Part shown: positions 25,575 through 26,449 of the stretch, piece by piece
Numbering within the stretch: position 1 is the stretch's first letter
Layout: each line of letters opens with the position of its first letter
UHGV virus genome: UHGV-1509762
Reading direction: 5' to 3' (one strand)
DNA length: 26,449 nucleotides
Source: a virus
Made by a program: the position numbers and the translations under genes
Notes under the pieces: generated by a model
Database searches by the model: none
What the model was told of the DNA's origin: nothing
Seen by the model: the letters and a program-made list of their open reading frames with translations, nothing else

Positions 25575-25593
25575 ATCTGTTGTTTCATCCACT

Positions 25594-26449
25594 GGATTTG
25601 CCCCTATATTTCCAGACATCTGTTATCACTTAACCCATTACAAGCCCGCTGCCGCAGATATTCCCGTGGCGAGCGATAACCCAGCGCACTATGCGGATGC
25701 CATTCGTTATAATGCTCGAACGCCTCTGCAAGGTTCTTTGCTGCCGTTAACCCGTCTGGTTTGGGCATGATACTGATGTAGTCACGCTTTATCGTTTTCA
25801 CGAAGCTCTCTGCTATTCCGTTACTCTCCGGACTCCGCACCGCCGTGTTCTTCGGTTCAAGTCCCAACATCCGGGCGAACTGGCGTGTTTCATTAGCCCG
25901 GTAGCATGAACCATTATCCGTCAGCCACTCCAGTGGAGACGACGGAAGATCGTTGCCGAAGCGGCGTTCCACCGCTCCCAGCATGACGTCCTGTACTGTT
26001 TCACTGTTGAAGCCGCCGGTAGTGACCGCCCAGTGCAGTGCCTCACGATCACAGCAGTCCAGCGCGAACGTGACACGCAGTCTCTCTCCGTTATCACAGC
26101 AGAACTCGAACCCGTCAGAGCACCATCGCTGATTGCTTTCTTTCACGGCCACTCTGCCTGTATGTGCCCGTTTCGATGGCGGTACAGCAGGTTTTCGCTC
26201 AAGCAACAGCGCATTCTGGCGCATGATCCGGTAAACACGTTTGGCATTGATCGCAGGCATACCATCAAGTTCTGTTTGTCTGCGAAGCAGCGCCCATACC
26301 CGACGATAACCATACGTGGGCAGCTCTCCGATAACATGGTGTATACGGAGAAGCACATCCGTATCATCAGTGTGACGACTGCGGCGGCCATCCATCCAGT
26401 CATCGGTTCGTCTGAGAATGACGTGCAACTGCGCACGCGACACCCGGAG
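25594..26449 (-). mobile_element. IS2 insertion sequence (IS3 family), partial, inverted orientation, truncated by the window end
   Basis: The terminal sequence TGGATTTGCCCCTATATTTCCAGACATCTGTTATCACTTAA at 25594-25634 is the reverse complement of the IS2 right inverted repeat as I recall it; followed by the IS2 orfB (InsD) coding sequence on the minus strand. Confidence 0.9.
25604..26449 (-). CDS. insD: IS2 transposase OrfB (InsD), 5' end outside the window
   Basis: 279-aa track ORF is recognisable as E. coli IS2 InsD over its whole length ([29 protein letters not shown] ... [33 protein letters not shown]); the true N-terminus and orfA lie beyond 26449. Confidence 0.92.
   Translation of the reverse strand, partial: LRVSRAQLHVILRRTDDWMDGRRSRHTDDTDVLLRIHHVIGELPTYGYRRVWALLRRQTELDGMPAINAKRVYRIMRQNALLLERKPAVPPSKRAHTGRVAVKESNQRWCSDGFEFCCDNGERLRVTFALDCCDREALHWAVTTGGFNSETVQDVMLGAVERRFGNDLPSSPLEWLTDNGSCYRANETRQFARMLGLEPKNTAVRSPESNGIAESFVKTIKRDYISIMPKPDGLTAAKNLAEAFEHYNEWHPHSALGYRSPREYLRQRACNGLSDNRCLEI

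Noticed and set aside
25371-25770. ORFs 25371..25619 (minus) and 25525..25770 (plus) spanning the IS2 boundary
   Set aside because: Both run across the IS2 terminal inverted repeat and the junction with flanking DNA; they are artefacts of the insertion rather than genes.
1-26449. Looked for CRISPR arrays, tRNA/tmRNA and rRNA genes across the window
   Set aside because: No regularly spaced repeat-spacer arrays and no sequence with obvious tRNA cloverleaf features were seen by eye; absence cannot be proven without a tRNA or CRISPR finder.

Overview
This 26.4-kb window is almost entirely a P2-like (Peduovirus-type) prophage of an enterobacterium, read from its integrase end. On the minus strand are int and the C repressor; on the plus strand cox, B, four small early ORFs and the rolling-circle initiator A. 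After a cos site come the leftward P-Q (terminase/portal) operon, the rightward O-N-M-L-X capsid/packaging genes, the Y-K-lysA-lysB(lysC) lysis cassette and the R-S-V-W-J-I-H-G tail, baseplate and tail-fibre genes. Two visibly AT-rich cargo islands interrupt this backbone at the two places where P2-like phages classically carry accessory genes. (i) Between gene A and cos (the tin/old position) sits a convergent gene pair: a DNA cytosine-5 methyltransferase and a 652-aa protein with an N-terminal GHKL/MORC-like ATPase fold and a C-terminal PD-(D/E)xK-like nuclease motif. This is my best candidate for a poorly described restriction-type or anti-phage module in the window. (ii) Downstream of tail-fibre assembly gene G (the Z/fun position) sits a 197-aa membrane-anchored protein of unknown function. 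The right edge of the window is an IS2 copy in inverted orientation, truncated by the window end. All calls come from reading the sequence, the ORF track and recalled family motifs; no database search or computation was possible, and GC statements are by eye.
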